NCBI GenBank assembly: GCA_051294905.1
Contig: CM119382.1
Span: forward strand, 10,664,001-10,728,000
Direction: 5' to 3'
DNA length: 64,000 nt
From: Botryllus schlosseri
Taxonomy: Eukaryota
Shown here: positions 1-14,699 of the stretch, piece after piece
Position numbering within the stretch: the first letter of the stretch is position 1
Layout: each line of letters opens with the position of its first letter
Notes under the pieces: generated by a model
Told to the model about the DNA's origin: nothing
The model's database searches: none
Seen by the model: the letters and a program-made list of their open reading frames with translations, nothing else
Position numbers and translations under genes: made by a program

Positions 1-651
1 TTGCTGTTGCTTGATTAACCGTTGGTAATTTTGCAAGTTATTACTGTTGGTAGGTAGCTATGATATGATGTAAAATTGACTGAACGTATGCACATCATAC
101 ATTACAGTAAGTCGCAACTGCCCTAGAATTGCCTTAAAAAGTTGTTTATTATCATCAGGTGTATAATCTGTGTATTAGATTGTCAGTCAATTTGGCCGCA
201 TGGTCTATTGATTTTCACTGCAAGATACAGCTTGGCCTTAATTAACTTTTAGCGATGGAAAATACTGCTAGATTTTAACAATTTGGCTATATAAACGGCC
301 CTGTGCATATGGGCGAAAGTGCCTTTCTACACGCCAAGTTGGCATGTTTTTAGGCGACTTTCGCTTCTACATAACAATTTATCAATCAAAGCTGTGTGTT
401 TTACTCCTCGAACGTTGTCAAATAAAAAGTAGATTTCAAGTAGGATTCATCACTTTTACGAGTGAAATTATCGTAATGATCGTGTGAAGTGGTGCCTGCA
501 TGAAGGTAACTGTATTTATTTGTGGCGTTGGTCGCCACGACGCGGTGAATTTCAATATTGTACTGTTGAAAGCCAGTTGTAGTCCGTCGGCAACCGACCG
601 TAGACGCTGATCCCGCGGAGCAGTTGTGATTTACGGGGTCGCAATTTTCAG

Positions 652-3600
652 GACATTGATTTGAAGTCGTTGCTGTACGAAGCGAACATGAAAGGGGCGC
701 AGGAACTCCTTTACGTCGTGCCGTTTGTGACCAAAATTCTGGAGTCTGTCGGCAAGAGCAAAGTGTTCAAGTTGCCGAACCCCTGGACGGAGTCCATCAT
801 TTCGACCCTCGTCGAACTGCACAACGTACCCGACTTGAAGGTGGGTGAAACGTCTGCGGTGTTCTGTATTTTAGATTCCGCTCCAATTTGACGAATATTT
901 TGTCCCACAGCTACTGCGACTCGGGCTGGGCCCAATGGCTTGAGTACTGTAATTCGGATTGAGTGTTAATTGTAACTAGTCGAGAAGTGATAGACGTTTT
1001 TTTTTCAAGTACTCCTGTCTTCACAGTCCCCGAGTCATATTGTGACCGAGAATAATGGTTAAACGATCCCAGCATCAAAATCAGCATGTGACACAAGGCT
1101 TGCGCGACGCTCACTTTGGCGCAAGTGATGTTCTTGTGAAATATTGATCATCATAAAAGAAAAAAAATATGAAATTATTTTCTTCAATGTTGTGTGACTG
1201 GTATCAATTGATTTGTGGTCGCCGTTAAGTAGCCTGTTTAAACTTCTCAAGTCATCCATACTGTTATAACGTTATAATAATAATATAATAATTGGTAGAG
1301 CTTATTGGAGGTACAGAACTCTTTAATATACAATTGAATAGTTTTATCATATTGAAATAAACCTGAATATGTTCGGCCGACACTTGTTAGTGGTAATCGT
1401 CAGCAAGTAGAGATGTCACAGTTATACCGACGACATCATATTTGGTGATACAATTGTTGACACCATGTTCTTCCCAATTCTTTGCTAGTCGGTGACGATT
1501 ACCTCTGACGAGTGTCGGCCGAAAAATTCTGGTTTATTTCAACACGAATATACTATTCGATAATAATTTTTAGAGCACTGAATACAACAATGTATCAACC
1601 CCGCAATTAGGTGCTGTACACATGGCAATGAAATAGAAAGAGTAACTATATCTATATTGAATGGCGTGCATAGTTGTAAGGAAAGGATGAACACTGCTGT
1701 AGTTAGAATTCACATGTAAATGAAATCAGTTTTTCGAATACTACCCTTGAAGCATAACACTAGTCAACACATATTTTCAGGCAGACAAAGTAAGAGTGGT
1801 TTTCAAGGTTCTGAAGGGCACTGATTCCAAATATGACCTTGATTTTTTCAAATTGGCTCTTGTGGAGATACCTATGGGGCTATTTTGACCAAAATCTCCC
1901 ATTTTCACGGTACTGACTAGATATAACATCGACTCGGTCGTACTATAAAGTTTAGAAATTCAATCAACTTGTTAATTTTACACACAGAAGACTTTTAAAT
2001 CTAAATACAGTCTTCTAACAGCACTATATTTAGGGGTAGTAGATTTATCATAGTTACCGACTTTCACGGATATCGTGTACATAGATAAACTCCGGGCATG
2101 CATATAAGCATTTACCTAGATAGTCATAACGTTGCATCAATTCAATCAGTTTTACGTCAACCACCTATTCCAAATTTGAAATAATCAGTTTGAATACAAT
2201 ATTATCGATATATTTGTTTTTTTGTGCGATTTTCGCCTGTCAGCTATTTAGTGCAGCTTCTGTAAAGGTTCCGGCACTGGCCTGACATAATATGGTCGAT
2301 CATTCATCTCGTTCGCCCTGTTATCTTTATTTTGTTGTTCTGATGTCTTGGTAGAACCTCGACAAGATGATCAGGAAATATATCAAGACGACTAAACAGG
2401 AAGTGAACTTCTATGCTCATGTTTGTGTTCAAGTTTTCGATATGACAAAGATGCAATCTAACAAAACTATTGTGATATTCGTGATCAGCAACCTCGAAAA
2501 CCCCAGAAACGACATGTTCTACCTAAAATTTCATTTTCATTCTGTTGACCAGTGTAATGCTTGATTTGGAATCGAAATCATTTAGGTGCTCGAGTTTGCA
2601 CATCCCTAACTACGTGGATTTGGATTTGAGCAAATCACTCTACCGATTTCTGGAATTTAAAATCCAACTTTTGGTTTCTCTCTCTCTCAGCTGAACCTCA
2701 AGTTCGAGGTGGAGGTCCTGTGCAAAAACCTCAAGATCGACATCAACGACATCAAGCCGTCGCATTACCTGCGCGACACCTCGCACAAGTACAAGATCGA
2801 CTGCCAGCTGTCGTCGGCGGGCAAGGCGCCCAGCAAGCCCGGGACTCCGTCCACCGCCCTGGAACAGGAGCTGGCGCAGAGGCTGGTCACCGCGCCGCCG
2901 CCCGGCATGCAGTTGCCGGTCAGCGCGCAGAACGTGCCGTCTCCGGCCAGCGCGGCCGCCGTGAAGAGCTACAACCAAGTATGTTGTGAATGTGTGCCGC
3001 GTCTGATGGCGTGTTTAATGCTGTTAAATGTTGGGAAGACTCTGGTCAAAAGGGGAAGTCGAAGTAGTCACCGTTGGTAGTCAAGTGGGAGTAGAAATAA
3101 TGCTGTGATGTAATTTCTCAGACGTTTACAGAATTACTTACTGTTAAAGTTGAAAATAAAGGTCTCGAAAGCACTTGGTAATTTCATAAATTAGCCTTGT
3201 TTGAGCAGGTAATCGCAGGAATTACAGAATTGTGAACGTAAATATTGCGGTACGGTATGTTGTCGTCACGTAATGATTGAGTTACTTATCTGAATCATCT
3301 ATCCACCTTCGTGAAGACACTTTTCAAGAGACTTACACTCCAAAAATACCGTGGCTGGCTTGAGCAGATGACGACAAAGAAAATAGAAGACCGATGTGTC
3401 TTATTTGTTTTGCGAGCTTCCCCCGGAGTCTAGAGATGCATTTCCGTCTGGTGCGATCTTGGGAAAAACGTAATCCAAATGTTGCTGGCTAAGTTTTATC
3501 CCAGCACGGCGTTACTGAGGCACTGTTCAAAGTTGCCTGGGATACCGCTGAAGATGTGAAGCCATCTACAGGAGTCTGCTTTCGCGGACTGTGCGATTTC

Positions 3601-6600
3601 GCTGATTTTGGGGATTTTGTAAACAAGGACGCAACATCACTAAGGGAAATCCTTGACCAGAAGATTTGAAGTTGTGGCGAACTCTAGCGAATACACTGAC
3701 TGCGCAGCTAATGGATACCGCTGCATTTTGCACGAAGAGGAATTGTGTGCTGAGCTAAGAGTCGGAGAGATCAAAGCAACAATGACAATTTTATACTTGG
3801 TCATGCACCAAAAGAGTTCCATTCTCTGGTGGGAGAGTTTGAAAGTGCATATACCAACTTAGGAATGCTCGAGGAGTGAGGTGGGAACACTCCATGGAGC
3901 AGTACGTATATTGTTAAATGAGAAAAGTCAAGATGATTTAGGCTACTTGTGCCGCTGGACATCGACATATTAATAGTGATATAACGCGTCGATTGAATTC
4001 ATTAAATCTCAAACTTCGAGGAGAAACAAGATGAGGATCAATGATATGGCTGCCTGAGGTAGAAATAATGCAGTTTTATTCTGGTTCGCGGACGTGGCGT
4101 TCTTGTCACCAATGCTGGCATTAACAGAGGATCCATTTTCCTGCGACATACACGCTGCTCGACTGTCGGTGATCGGCGATTTGGAGAGACGAAATGGCTG
4201 CGTGTGAGGCACAACTCATCGAATTGTTGATCATTAATATCCTCATAGAAAGACGAGAAGAAGACTGTTTTATCATTCTGGACGTCCTACGGACTGAAGA
4301 ATTCATGCCCAGGCCTCGCTGAATTCTTGCCTGCTTCAGATCTACTCATCTATGTGAAGCCTCCTTCTCTGTCACGGGAATGAAAAAACCAAAGAGTGCT
4401 CACGTTTAACTGACAAGCATTTACCACATCATTACGCGAGAGCAGCTACAACTAAGCTAGAGCCATGACTCAAAGTGCTTGTAAACCGAATTAACTCTTA
4501 TAATCAATAATTTCGTTATGTTATAATCGATCAAACATTGCTGTCGTCAAGTGGGATTCTCTATAGGAAGAACTCACTGACGCCATATCCATTGATGTTT
4601 TAGAACTCGTAAAACGAATGAAATAGTACAAACACCTGGTAATAATGTTCTGTGGCTCTGTTCTCATTGACGTGCGGCCCGATTTATTTGGGTGGTTAGG
4701 ATTTTCTGGCTAACCGCTGGGTTTACTAGGTTGGCCATAAATTCAGGATATAACTAATCGGTTTTTTGGCCTCCGCAAGGAGTAGTAGTACTCGAGTATC
4801 TGAAAATGAGAAATTAACTTCATTATTGACCGCGTCTGCCTTTCAGGCTATGCCGTCGCTTACACAATCAGGCTCCACGGTACCGCGATTCTCTCTGCAC
4901 GATATCAACATCTTCTCGATCAACACGCTGCAGTCTCACCTTGTCGTGAAGCAAGACATTATCAAAAACGTGAGCGCCTGACGCCACGACGCTGCTGTTA
5001 GGGAAAAAAAAAACGCAACGTCCCTTTTACAGATGCCAGCCGCGGCTCAAGCGCTGATCAGGACGTGCGTGAAGGTTTCGGTGGAGCGCGCTGTGCAGGA
5101 GCTGCTGCAGCACGTCGTCGAGAGGGCCATCAAGATAGCGATGACGACCTGCGAGCAAATTGTGAAGAAGGATTTTGCGCTGGATCCGGAGGAGTTTCGA
5201 ATGAGGGTGGCTGCCCATCATATGGTGAGATGGGCTCTGTGTACCAACTGGGACAAGTATTATTGTATTGAATATATTATTCAATTGTATATTTCAATGT
5301 ATTTGACGACAATCTGGGTTTTTGTCAATCTCAGGACGCTTGCAGCCACCTATTTATCATGTCTGTACTGTCGATGCATATATATACTCCTCGACACTAA
5401 GGGCTGCCTTCTGTCAAGGGATATAGCCTACAAAGCACACGTCGCTTATGATGTATACAAATATGTACTTGCTGAAGTGGATGTCCCAGTGTTTGGGACT
5501 CTTTTGTGATAGCAGTGCTAGATAGCAACTGAAGCGACAGTATTATCCGAAACTATTGATTTCACCCATCTCTAGCCGAATTTGTGTGTAAGATGCGATT
5601 TGCGCATATGTTTATGCGGAAGTTTTTGTTGTAATAAACTTTTTCAAAGTACTCATTTAGTTTTTGGCTACCTGCACTGCTCTAGAAGGTTGCTTCCAAA
5701 CGTGTTTCTATTTTAGGTCCGCAACCTGACAGCCGGCATGGCCCTGATCACTTGTCGAGACCCGCTCATTCAAACCATCAGCGGACACTTGAAGACCAGC
5801 TTGCCGGCGGCCATGGCGAGAGTGAGTTTTTTCGCGAGGGTCGGAATTTGTTTGGTCGCCACACGTTTTTGTGATTTTGTGCAGAACGGCATGCAGCCTC
5901 CGAAGGACGTGATCGAGCAGACCGCGCTTATAATAGCCCAGGACAACATGGAGGTCGCGTCGTGCTTCATACAGAAGACCGCTATCGAGAAGGCTCTCAT
6001 GGACATCGATAAGAGGATGCTTACGGTGAGCACTGTCAGTCTTTCCGGCGTGGTTTGTAAGACACAAAATCGTTGTTTGCTTATCAGATATGTATATCGG
6101 GGAGGTTCTGTAATTGGTATCGGCTGAACAATTTTCAAATTAATCGATATCAGTATTTGATTGGGATTGTTACTCTAATTCTCAATAATTAGCCTGATTT
6201 TCGGCAGGAGTTCGAGCTTCGCAAGCACGCGAGACAAGAGGGCCGACGTTACTGCGACTCGATGGTGCTGACCTACCAGGCCGAGAGAATGCCCGAGCAG
6301 ATCCGGCTCAAAGTGGGTGGGGTCACGCCCCAGCAGACCGCCGTCTACGAGGAGTTCGCCCGGTGCATACCGGGGTTCTTGCCTAGTAACGACGCGTCGC
6401 AGCCGTCTGGATTTCTGGCGAAGCCCATGCAGGTATGTGACAAAATCCTTTTTTGTGTGCGTTGAACTGGATATAATTTTGGAAATGCGCCATTTCTGAG
6501 TGCGTGCTTACGATTATTCGCAGTCTTGGCCCGTCGACGAGATCACGCAAGTCTACGACCGGTGCATCAGGGAGTTGGAACAACACGTGCAGGTGGGAAG

Positions 6601-9600
6601 CTCGCTAACGCCCTGCCGTCTGAAACCTGGAAATACGTCCCTTTTTTACGCTTTGCAGGCCATCAACCTGCCGCCCGGGCACGCGGTGCTGGCGCAGCTT
6701 CGCAACCTGGCGGAAGTGACGGCGACCGCGAGGAACACGAGGGAACCGGTGTCCGCGTTGGCGTTACTGCAGAAGGCGGTCGAAGGGTTGCTGGAACGAC
6801 TTTCGTTGTCCGGTACCGAAGAGGTGAGATTTCTTGATGAAATTTACCAAGAATAACGGATTTGGTAGGAGTTTGTTTTTGTTTTAATAGCTTGTCCTAA
6901 GACCTGTATCTGTTACTGGCTTGAACTTGTAAATATTTAGTTGAGTTGACTTTGAGTGTTAGAAGAATTGTGAATCCGGATGTTATTGTAAGCTGGTCGT
7001 AATCTGCAATTTCTTTTTAATTCGTCTATTTTAGGGAGATTATTATTGCAATCCGCGTTTCGTAAGAAGATTTGTGAGATTTGCACAGATAATCAATGCA
7101 AATCCTATTTTAATCTGGTTAAAGTCTGCAATTCTGTCCCTTTTCTATCTCCGACTCCATCCTATCCTGGGGAGATTATCAAAATTTTTGTTTCTAAAGA
7201 CTGTTAATGAGTTTTGCAACAATCGTGAGTCGAATCCTACTTTAATCTGATCAAAATCTAAAATTTGTGATTTGTTCCCAAGTCTCGCTCCATCTTGGTC
7301 AATCTTGAATAACGATGGATTGATGCACTTCTAATTGGCCACCAGTCTATGGCTGAGAAGCGGAGTAGCACGATGGAAATATAACTGTCTCTACTTTTCT
7401 CTGTGCAGGGGCAAAATGTCACCACGCGGTACCGCGAGTCGCACATCCTGGTGCTGAAAGCGCTGCAGGACCAGCGCGCGTACGGCACGCAGTGGACCAA
7501 CAAGCATGTGACGCGGTGCCTGGTCGAGCACCGGGACGAGTACAAGTACAACGTCGAAGCCGTCGACCTGCTGATCAAAACGCACCTTGTCAATTTGCAA
7601 CAGTACGACATGCATCTTGCGCAGGTACGTGGCAAATAGTAGATCTCGTGAACACTTCAACGACAAGTTGAGTCTAAAGGAGCCTGGTTGCCTGGCTGGC
7701 TTGGATGTTTTGAAAATATGCGTCACGGTTAGTGCCTCACCGATATACCAGGCCAGTTTTATTCTCAGCCTAGTTTTGAAAACATTGGTAGAAGTACACT
7801 CTCAAGGCATAACCACTGCAGCAAATTGCTTCTGACCTCCTGGAAGCACAATATACCCCGGTATCACTGGTTTGTGCTCGTGCGCACCTGGTTGGAATCT
7901 TATTGCGTATTATATGAAGGTTTTACTAGGCATATTTTTATATATTGCCAGCCACAAATCGGAAGCTTCAGTATTACGTCACATCTTAATAGCGGCAAAA
8001 ATGTTCTAACGGCGATACAGTCTTGGTCTGTTGCATTTTTTTGTAGCGGTCTTCCCTTTCTTTGCAGTCGATGGAGAACGGCTTGAACTACATGGCCGTG
8101 CAGTTTGCAATGCAGTTGGTGAAGCGTTACCTGCTTGACGAGAAATTGAACTCGCCGGTGAACGAGTCCGACTTATACAATACCGTGGAAACGCTCGTGA
8201 AAATCAACACCCACACGCAGGGCACCGCTCCCGACGGGTATGTTTTTTTTTTCTTTGCCGGATGCTCATTTGCTGATGTACTTGCTGCTAAAGTCGTGTG
8301 CAAGTTGCGAAAAAGGAAATCACTTAATTTTATATCCTAATACAGTAAGTTTAGCTATCGTTAAAATAATGTCCCGAAAGAACATTTTAGTATACATGTG
8401 TAGCTGTACACGGGGCTCCGCACTGGGGAAAAAAAGTATCAAAACGATACTGAGGCATCGCACTCTCACCAATAGACTGGAATGATTGTAATTAGTACTG
8501 ATTCGATTCCGAAGCTTCAAGCAGAGTGTTAGAGTATGTATTTTTGACACAAGACCGACTGAGGCCAACTGACTACAAAAAGACATTGTTGGGCAAGCTC
8601 CTTATTGTCAAAATTCCAGTTGCGAATTTACTCGTGAGTGTTTAAGTGTCTCAAAGCACGTGGAGGATATGAGACTCTACACGCTAGAACTACTGCATTA
8701 ACGTTGGATAGATTGTATTGTATTGAGTATATATGACACGAAGAATCGACCAGCTACAGGACTTCTCGAAGTTATGTGCTTAGTACCGTCGAAAACCGAA
8801 TATATTTGGTTGGTTATAATTCGGATACAGATCAACATGAGACCAATGGCTTGTATTGCTGCAATGCGTAGCCTTGAGAGTATCCCCCTCTGTCTCGATT
8901 GTGGATACTTTTGCTGCTCGCTGTGATCTGACAATTACTCGTTATTCACAGATTGTCCCAGCTCATATCAATCATACGATCGAACTACGACACAATCATC
9001 GATAAAGTCCCCGGCGGACCGACGCACATGATGCATTCTGGAATATCTCAGGTTTGTCCACAAAATTCTCTCTACCTTTTCATCGTCCGCTTAAATCTCG
9101 TGTTATTCATACTCAGGCGAGAGAATACGACGACCCGCAGGGCCTCAGCGAGAAGACTGAGTTCCTGCTGACGGAATGGGTGAATATCTATCACAGCCCG
9201 GCGTCCGGGCGAGATTCTACTCGCGGTTTTTCGACTTTCGTGCAACAGGTAGGGACCGTGTTAGGGGGTTTGCATTGCGTATTTCTTCATCTCCGTTTCT
9301 GTTTCGTTTAGATGCATCAAAACGGTATTCTGCGGACGGATGATTTGATAACGAGGTTTTTCAGGATCTGTACAGAGCTGTGTGTGGAGATGACGTATCG
9401 GTTGCTGCGGGTTGGTGTTCTGAATCGTGTTTTTTTTGCCCGGGTTGTAGTGATACGCAGTATTTCAAGCCACGCTGCTTACAGTTCTGGCGCTACTATG
9501 TTATGCCTACGCTACCGAAGTATTCAGTCTCTCGAGCGGGGCGGGGAATTAATCGTCATACTTTGTGGCTTGTGAGTACTAGAGCCTCCGCGCTAGTAGT

Positions 9601-12600
9601 GAGCAGTGATGTATCGGAATCTAACTTTCAATTGTCAACACCTTGATACATCACATTATTCCTTGTTTAGTGTATGTCCCAGTGAAAGTAATAAGTAGGG
9701 CAAGTTTTTACAGCTTCCGGCAGCTTCCTGAATACTTGCAAGATATGTAGAATGCTGTTTTAAGCTGTTTGAAGGAATCTTATAGTGAAACTTTTGTCCA
9801 TTTTTTTCATGCAACTTTTTCGATTTTTCATGAAAGTATTTTCGATTTTGGTGAAATACACGGCCGAATTCGACTGAAACACCGTAAATCAGAGCCGAAG
9901 TAACGCTTTTACGGGTATTTCGGGAGCTGAGCCGGAAAATTGACCTTTTTTTTCAGTAAATCTGGGAAGTTGTCCTTTTTAGTCAACCGAGCAAAATGTG
10001 GTCAAAATGCGACTTGTGCAGCTTTTTTCAAAAATGAATGCAAATTTCCTCGGATTTAACTGCAACAAAACTTGCCCTAGAAAGCTTAGTAATTGTGCAG
10101 GGACAAAGCAATCGATCACTTACACAAACAGTTGATTGCGATTACTTCATGTCCGGAGTTGACACACAATCACCGAGTAGACATGTTCCGATGATTTCCA
10201 TGACACCGTTCGACTAAGAGTTGGCCATTCAGTGTATCACTTTACGTTGTACAGGACGCAAACACGAGTCCGTCGCTCTTGAACCCGACTCTGGTCCGCG
10301 CCAAGTGCTTCCACACGCTCGACGCCTACGTGCGCCTGATCACGCTGCTCGTGAAACACTCTGGCGACGCCAGCAACTCTGTCACTAAAATCAACTTGTT
10401 GAACAAGGTAAGGCGCGTTTTACCAAAGATTGACGCAGATTCGGTGACCTCGCTTGTCTCGGCGCAGGTGCTGGGTATCGTGGTCGGGGTTTTGCAGCAG
10501 GACCACGAACGGCGGCAGACCGAGTTTCATCAGATGCCGTACCACCGCGTTTTCATCATGCTGTTCTACGAGCTCAACGCTCCGGAGCACGTGCTAGAGT
10601 CTATCAACTTCCAGACCTTGACGGCGTTCACGTAAGATGTGTATTTGTTGGTTGGTCATGGGAATTTACGTCTAATATCTGTACTCATGTAAATTTACAA
10701 TGCTAAAAGTAGCACACGCTTGCAATTTGTCCGCTTAGCTTTCCTGTGAATGTGCGTAGCTGCGTTGCTGATTGTCGGCATCTGTTTTTTTTTGCAGCAA
10801 CACTTACCATATACTGAGACCGGGCAAGGTGCCGGGATTCGCTTTCGCGTGGCTCGAACTGATCTCCTATCGCTCTTTCATATCGAGGATGCTACTGCAG
10901 ACGCCGCAGCAGAAGGTGTTAGACTGTTTACATAATAACGATGTGCAATTGTGTATAAATAGCCTGTGTTGCTACTTGATGCGAGTAGAAGCAGCATTTT
11001 GAAAGACATGTTAAATGTAATAGATATCAAAATATATAGCTTACTTATGCAATATGTTGTTGGTAAAAGCTTGCATGGCATAACGAAGTTTCTATGTGCT
11101 TAATCAATTCGACTATAACTGAAATCCATGCCTTGACTCCGCAGGGGTGGCCGATGTACGCACAATTGCTGATCGATCTCTTCAAATTCCTGGGCCCGTT
11201 CCTGAGAAACGTGGAGCTGACCAAGCCTATGCAAGTTCTGTACAGGGTGAGTAAGCCTGCCGCGATTGCGATCCATGTCGGTACCTGTTGAACTGTGTTT
11301 TGTTACAGGGCACTTTGCGATTGCTGCTGGTGCTGTTGCACGACTTTCCAGAGTTTCTGTGCGACTATCACTACGGCTTTTGCGACGTGATCCCGGCCAA
11401 TTGCGTTCAGCTGAGGAACCTGATTCTGAGCGCTTTCCCGAGGAACATGAGGCTGCCCGATCCGTTCACGCCAAACTTGAAGGTACGTCGGGATTGGTAA
11501 CTAGTGTGCTATGTGGTTCGTCATATTTCCCCTTGCAGAATTTATATGGTTTCCTTGGTCAGATAATAGGCTCACGAGTAAGGCATAATCGAGAATCTGA
11601 CTGGTTCTAATCTGAATTGAGTAATAAGCTGCGCCGTTGAGTCGATTAGTAACATTTATTATGATGGCGTACATAATCAGAATCAATAGCAAGGTCAAAA
11701 TTTGTACTTTTGACACAATCGGAAGGAAAATTTTGCCAGTTATTTCGACCAAAATCGATATTTTAGTATTTCTTAGCCATTGGTACAATTGTAGCGCTTC
11801 GTTATAATTTTCTGCACAGAAAAGACGAGAGTAGACTTATCTGTACTGTGATAAAGCTAATCTAGGTTTTAGATCTTCATAGGTAGGAAGACAATATCAA
11901 AATATTGAGTATTGTCTTGAAAAAAAAACAAGACTCATGGTTGCCAAATTAGGATGACCAAACAAAAGTGAAATTAGTGTACCGATGTCCCAAATAAGGA
12001 CAATGCAGTTTTATCAGACATCGCCTTATGCAACCCAAACCCAAATGTTGTTTTCCCTTGAAAATCTTATGCTATTCCGACTGTTGTTTCGAAGGTGGAC
12101 ATGCTGCAAGAAATCAACAGCGCGCCGAGGATTCTGACCAATTACGTGACGGTCATGCCTGCTCCGTTCAAGGAGAAACTGGACGGCTACCTGCAATCCA
12201 GACTGCCTCAGAACTTTCTTTCTGAGATGCGCTCGAGCCTGCAGGTGCCTCAAATTACTATCAATTTAAGAGCGGTTTCCGAAAATAGCTTACGTTCAAA
12301 TTCAGACCAACAAGGAAGTCGGGATGAAGTTTAACGTCACGTTGATGAATTCCTTGGTGCTCTACGTCGGCACGCAAGCTATCCAGTACATTTACAACAA
12401 CAACTCCACCCCGTCGATGGGTTCTATTTCGAAATGCGCGCACATGGATATCTTCCAGCACCTATCAAACGACCTCGACACGGAAGGTAACGGGATCATT
12501 TTTTCAACAAGCCTAGGGAGCTTTGATTGCAATTGCACTGTGCGTTTTCGACAGGCCGCTATCTGTTCCTGAACGCTATCGCGAACCAGCTGCGATACCC

Positions 12601-14115
12601 GAACAGCCACACTCACTACTTCAGCTGCACGTTGCTGTATCTCTTCGCGGAGGCTAATCATGAGTCTATACAGGAGCAAATCACGAGGTATTCACAGTAG
12701 CCATCGACGGCACTCTGGTACAAGCAGATTTAGCTGCGTGAACTTTACTCAGTTACGAATAGGAGTAGAGATTTTTAAGACACGTCAAAAGTAGTTGACT
12801 GAGTAGTTTCGAAAAGTTCATTTAGTCCTCGCTTGGCATACTTTTGGCATCCGGTCAAAGGTGGCTACTTTCAAATTGCTAGATATATCTTTGCGACTAA
12901 CGCAAAATGGCTAATGACTAGATCAGGCTTTTGTCGCACTAACACCGTTAGAAAGTTGCACTGAAAATTTTTTAGAATTATTAGGGTACAACCCGACGTC
13001 CCGATAGTTATTGGGACACGTTTGGTGAAAAGCTCGCTCTTGAACTCATGCGCTCAAGCTTGATGCTCAGCTGCCATTGGCAAACATCTGTTGGATAATC
13101 CCGCTTGTGCGAAAAAAATTATCGAGATTTCAGGTCGTTGGGAGGGGCCGCTCACACTTTCATTTGTGTGCCTTGGAGTCGACTTTAAACAAAATACACC
13201 ATCTAAGGCAGTGTCAACAAAAAGAGTTTGTTTACCATCTAAAAATGGAACATTGAACGCTCTTGTATTCGAAATTTCATGCTGGTGACATCATGTTTTG
13301 TGATACGATTGTTGCTATACGATGTTCTTTTCCATTCTCTGCTAGTTACTGACGATTACCCCTGGCGAGTGTCAGCCAAAAATATTTGGATTCATTTCAA
13401 TATGAATATACTATCCGATTGCATATTGAAGTTCTGTACCTCCAAGAAGCTCTTAGAAATGAAAAATAGGATAAGTTGCAATACAAAATTCCTCCAAACA
13501 GCTTTAAACATCATACTACATATATTCCAAGTATTTAGAAAGCTCGCATTAGCTGCAAAAACTTGCCGTACTAATGACACTACCAAAGATAGTCTTCGAT
13601 AATATATTCAGGTAATGTGATAAAGGGGGTTCTTAAATATAAGTGGAAGTATTCAAAGAGTAAGCAGTAGAAGTAGGCTTGATTACTATGAAAACGTAGA
13701 AGTACATCATTACTGACCACCTCTGCTTGAAACGGTTAAGAATGCCGGACTGGTTTTGTGTTTCAGGGTACTGCTGGAAAGGCTGATTGTCAACCGTCCG
13801 CACCCGTGGGGCTTGCTTATCACCTTCATCGAACTGATCAAGAATCCGAGTTTCAAGTTTTGGAATCACGAATTTGTGCATTGCGCCCCCGAGATATCAA
13901 AGTATTGATGACGGGCTTGGTGTTGTCGTTGTGACGGTGTTTAAAATGATTGCTTTTTCAGGCTCTTTGAATCTGTGGCACGCAGCTGCATGGGTAAACA
14001 ATTTGTGCAGCAGTCTCAGCGGCCGATGTCGTCGCAAGCCATCACGTCGGGGCAGTCTTCCGGTTCGGCGCCGAGCAGTATCGATTCTCCGGCGTCTGTG
14101 ACAACGACGGCCTGA
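652..14115 (+). CDS. CNOT1: CCR4-NOT transcription complex subunit 1, 5'-truncated by the window edge
   Basis: 24 in-phase GT-AG exons: 652-840, 2691-2978, 4847-4969, 5033-5224, 5717-5821, 5885-6025, 6208-6432, 6524-6592, 6659-6823, 7409-7624, 8068-8237, 8952-9051, 9117-9248, 9312-9410, 10255-10407, 10468-10631, 10798-10915, 11145-11246, 11309-11482, 12095-12244, 12306-12486, 12555-12687, 13767-13901, 13962-14115 (TGA). Peptides are near-identical to vertebrate CNOT1: [104 protein letters not shown] at 14245. Confidence 0.97.
1333..1561. mobile_element. Palindromic MITE-like element with about 70-bp imperfect TIRs
   Basis: ATTGAATAG..ATTGAAATAAACC..TTCGGCCGACAC..GGTAATCGTCA at the left end is mirrored at the right end. 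A partial second copy starts at about 20891. No clear TSD. Confidence 0.65.
5473..5539 (+). repeat. 67-bp dispersed repeat; second copy at 40923-40989
   Basis: TGAAGTGGA(T/C)GTCCCAGTGTTTGGGACT...GATAGCAGTGCT...GAAGCGACA occurs in a CNOT1 intron and a catenin intron with about 5 mismatches. Confidence 0.8.
9696..10079. mobile_element. Non-autonomous hAT-like element
   Basis: TIR TAGGGCAAGTTTT / AAAACTTGCCCTA. The TSD is not preserved. An internal segment (CGGGTATTTC-GGAG-TGAGCCGGAAA) is shared with 57495-57830. Confidence 0.7.
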
Positions 14116-14699
14116 GCACGATACTGGATTTTTGGCCTGTTTTCGATGGCGCCTATTTTACGGACGACGGGTGGCCTTTTTACATCTTTCTTGTTCTTGC
14201 TTTCTTTTCGGTTGAGATGTCATGGAATTGTCGGCTCACTTGTTAATAAAGACCTTGGTTATAGATGCAACTTATTTCTCTTGTGTACTAAGGAAAATCG
14301 CATTGTTTTGTGTGGAAATGTGTGTTTAGTGCTGCAGGGTTGGTGAGATTATGCGCACAATAAGGTAATAGAAGCGGGTGGAGGCGAGATCAATATATCA
14401 AATCGTGGTCTGGTAATCTCGCATTCAACTGACGGCCAAATATACACAGGTTTTGCATTGGGTTTCTTCATCTGACATGCAGCCAGAGAAAATTCTCAAC
14501 TTGACCTCGGTTGGCAAAGGGGGTCTCGTTAATTTCAGCAGTGAAGTAGTAGATATCGGGCATTACTGATAAATCTTATCAATACATCACAAAATTTCGA
14601 TGTAATGGAAAGATTGGAGCTAGTGTCCCTCGCTGAAACCGACTTGGAGCAGTCTTTTAATCACACACCAACCTTGGCCTACAGTATGTGAATAAGAGG

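Noticed and set aside
4970-13961. Introner-element origin for the uniform short introns
   Set aside because: The short introns share length but not sequence, TIRs or TSDs.
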